Source: Diadema antillarum
Taxonomy: Eukaryota
Assembly (NCBI RefSeq): GCF_040938485.1
Contig: NW_027272710.1
Location: forward strand, 1 to 64,000
Length of the DNA stretch: 64,000 nt
Direction of reading: 5' to 3'
This document shows positions 62,703 to 64,000 of the stretch, one piece after another. The stretch's first letter is position 1. Each line of letters opens with the position of its first letter. A program made the translations under genes and the position numbers. The notes under the pieces were generated by a model that had not been told where the DNA came from, made no database searches, and saw only the letters and a list, made by a program, of their open reading frames with translations.

Positions 62703-64000
62703 CGTTATGTCATTTAAGTATTTGTAAACTCTTTGGGAAGTCAATAATGTGTTCAGACACGATACATTATCATTCATGCTTTTTATTGTATTCAATAAAT
62801 AAAAAGTGCCCTTTGTAATAGGTACATGCATGCAAAGCATTTACGCGGAATATACTTGAGAAGTACCGTTTCCCACCCCATGAGGAAATTAAATATCTAG
62901 CCATGTCTAAACACTCCTTATAGTCATTATCTTGGTTAAGTGCTTTGGTTTGATATTACAGAAGTATGAATCAAACTTAAAATGCGACAGAAAACCACAT
63001 TATTTACTCTTTCGAAACCCCATCTATGTGTACTTTATGAGTCATTATAGTATACCTAACAGTTAAATACATAATATTACAGTCAGCTTATTGTACAAAA
63101 GCTAATAAATACAGTGCATAAATTAACAAATAAATAGGTGGGCTGTAATATGTATAAATAAGTATATACATATGTATAAATACACGCTTTAATAATAATA
63201 CATCTTTTCCTCCAGAAGGTAACAACATTATGCCACATAGTGGATACTTGTAATGCATGACGTCAAACTTGACATTTTTTTTTCCATACTCAAACATTGA
63301 GTAATACAGCCTACATTTCTTTTTCAGGCTTTGCGAATTACAATATGCATAGAATTCAAGAAGTAACAAACACACACAGAGATCACGTCGTCATGACACA
63401 TATAAATGCAGGTTGGAAATTGTCAGAAACTGGAATGATGATTAGATATAGATTTGTATATTATGCGTTTCAAAAAGAGAGATATCTGATTGACCCATGA
63501 TATGTATACGGTACTAGTATTGGGTCTCTCACGTCTCATAGTATTCTCCGAAAATATTTAAGAAGAATACTATAACACAGAAGATACACTGCAATTTTAG
63601 ATCACAAATTATCTTGAACAAAACGATGTACAGAATATCTCTCCCTCTCGTCTTGATAATAAAGAAATTATGAAAGTATATTCATCTATACTGCGACAGC
63701 GGCTGTAATTTGAGTTGAGTAAAATTCTACCCTGTCGGTTTTCGAATGTAATCGTCACTCTTTTCGGATATTCTGCATTTCTACCTTTCCACTATAACGC
63801 AGAATTCAATAATATGTTTAGACTTTTCTCCTTCGATTTGCGATCAAATCGAAGTCAAAAATAAAGAAAGTCGATAAGCGTCATTCATACTGGACGACTA
63901 TATGCCCATTTTCAACAAAGACTAAATTACATCAGTTATCAAATGTAAGATAAGAAATAAATCTAAGATAAGAAGTATAATAAAAGCAAGTCAGTTGTAA

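Overview
AT-rich eukaryotic DNA, most likely an echinoderm such as a sea urchin (inferred from gene content and repeat types). The window is a tandem array of IL-17 cytokine genes on the minus strand. Four complete copies have stops at 12005, 26253, 39294 and 54352, and a fifth copy probably starts just past base 64000. Each copy has a 6-nt coding first exon (ATG AAT), a ~0.5-kb phase-0 intron, a TATA box and a perfect NF-kB palindrome. The copies alternate as types A-B-A-B in ~13-15 kb units. The spacers carry many mobile elements, and empty paralogous sites show their boundaries. They include a young Penelope-like retroelement with inverted ends, each holding an intact hammerhead ribozyme; a second, oddly arranged hammerhead-like motif in a non-coding direct-repeat unit; a 4.15-kb TIR element with a dispersed 12-mer; a foldback-type element with a 9-bp TSD; several MITE families; and LINE fragments. 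There is one assembly gap (34161-34337). All alignments and folds were done by eye.
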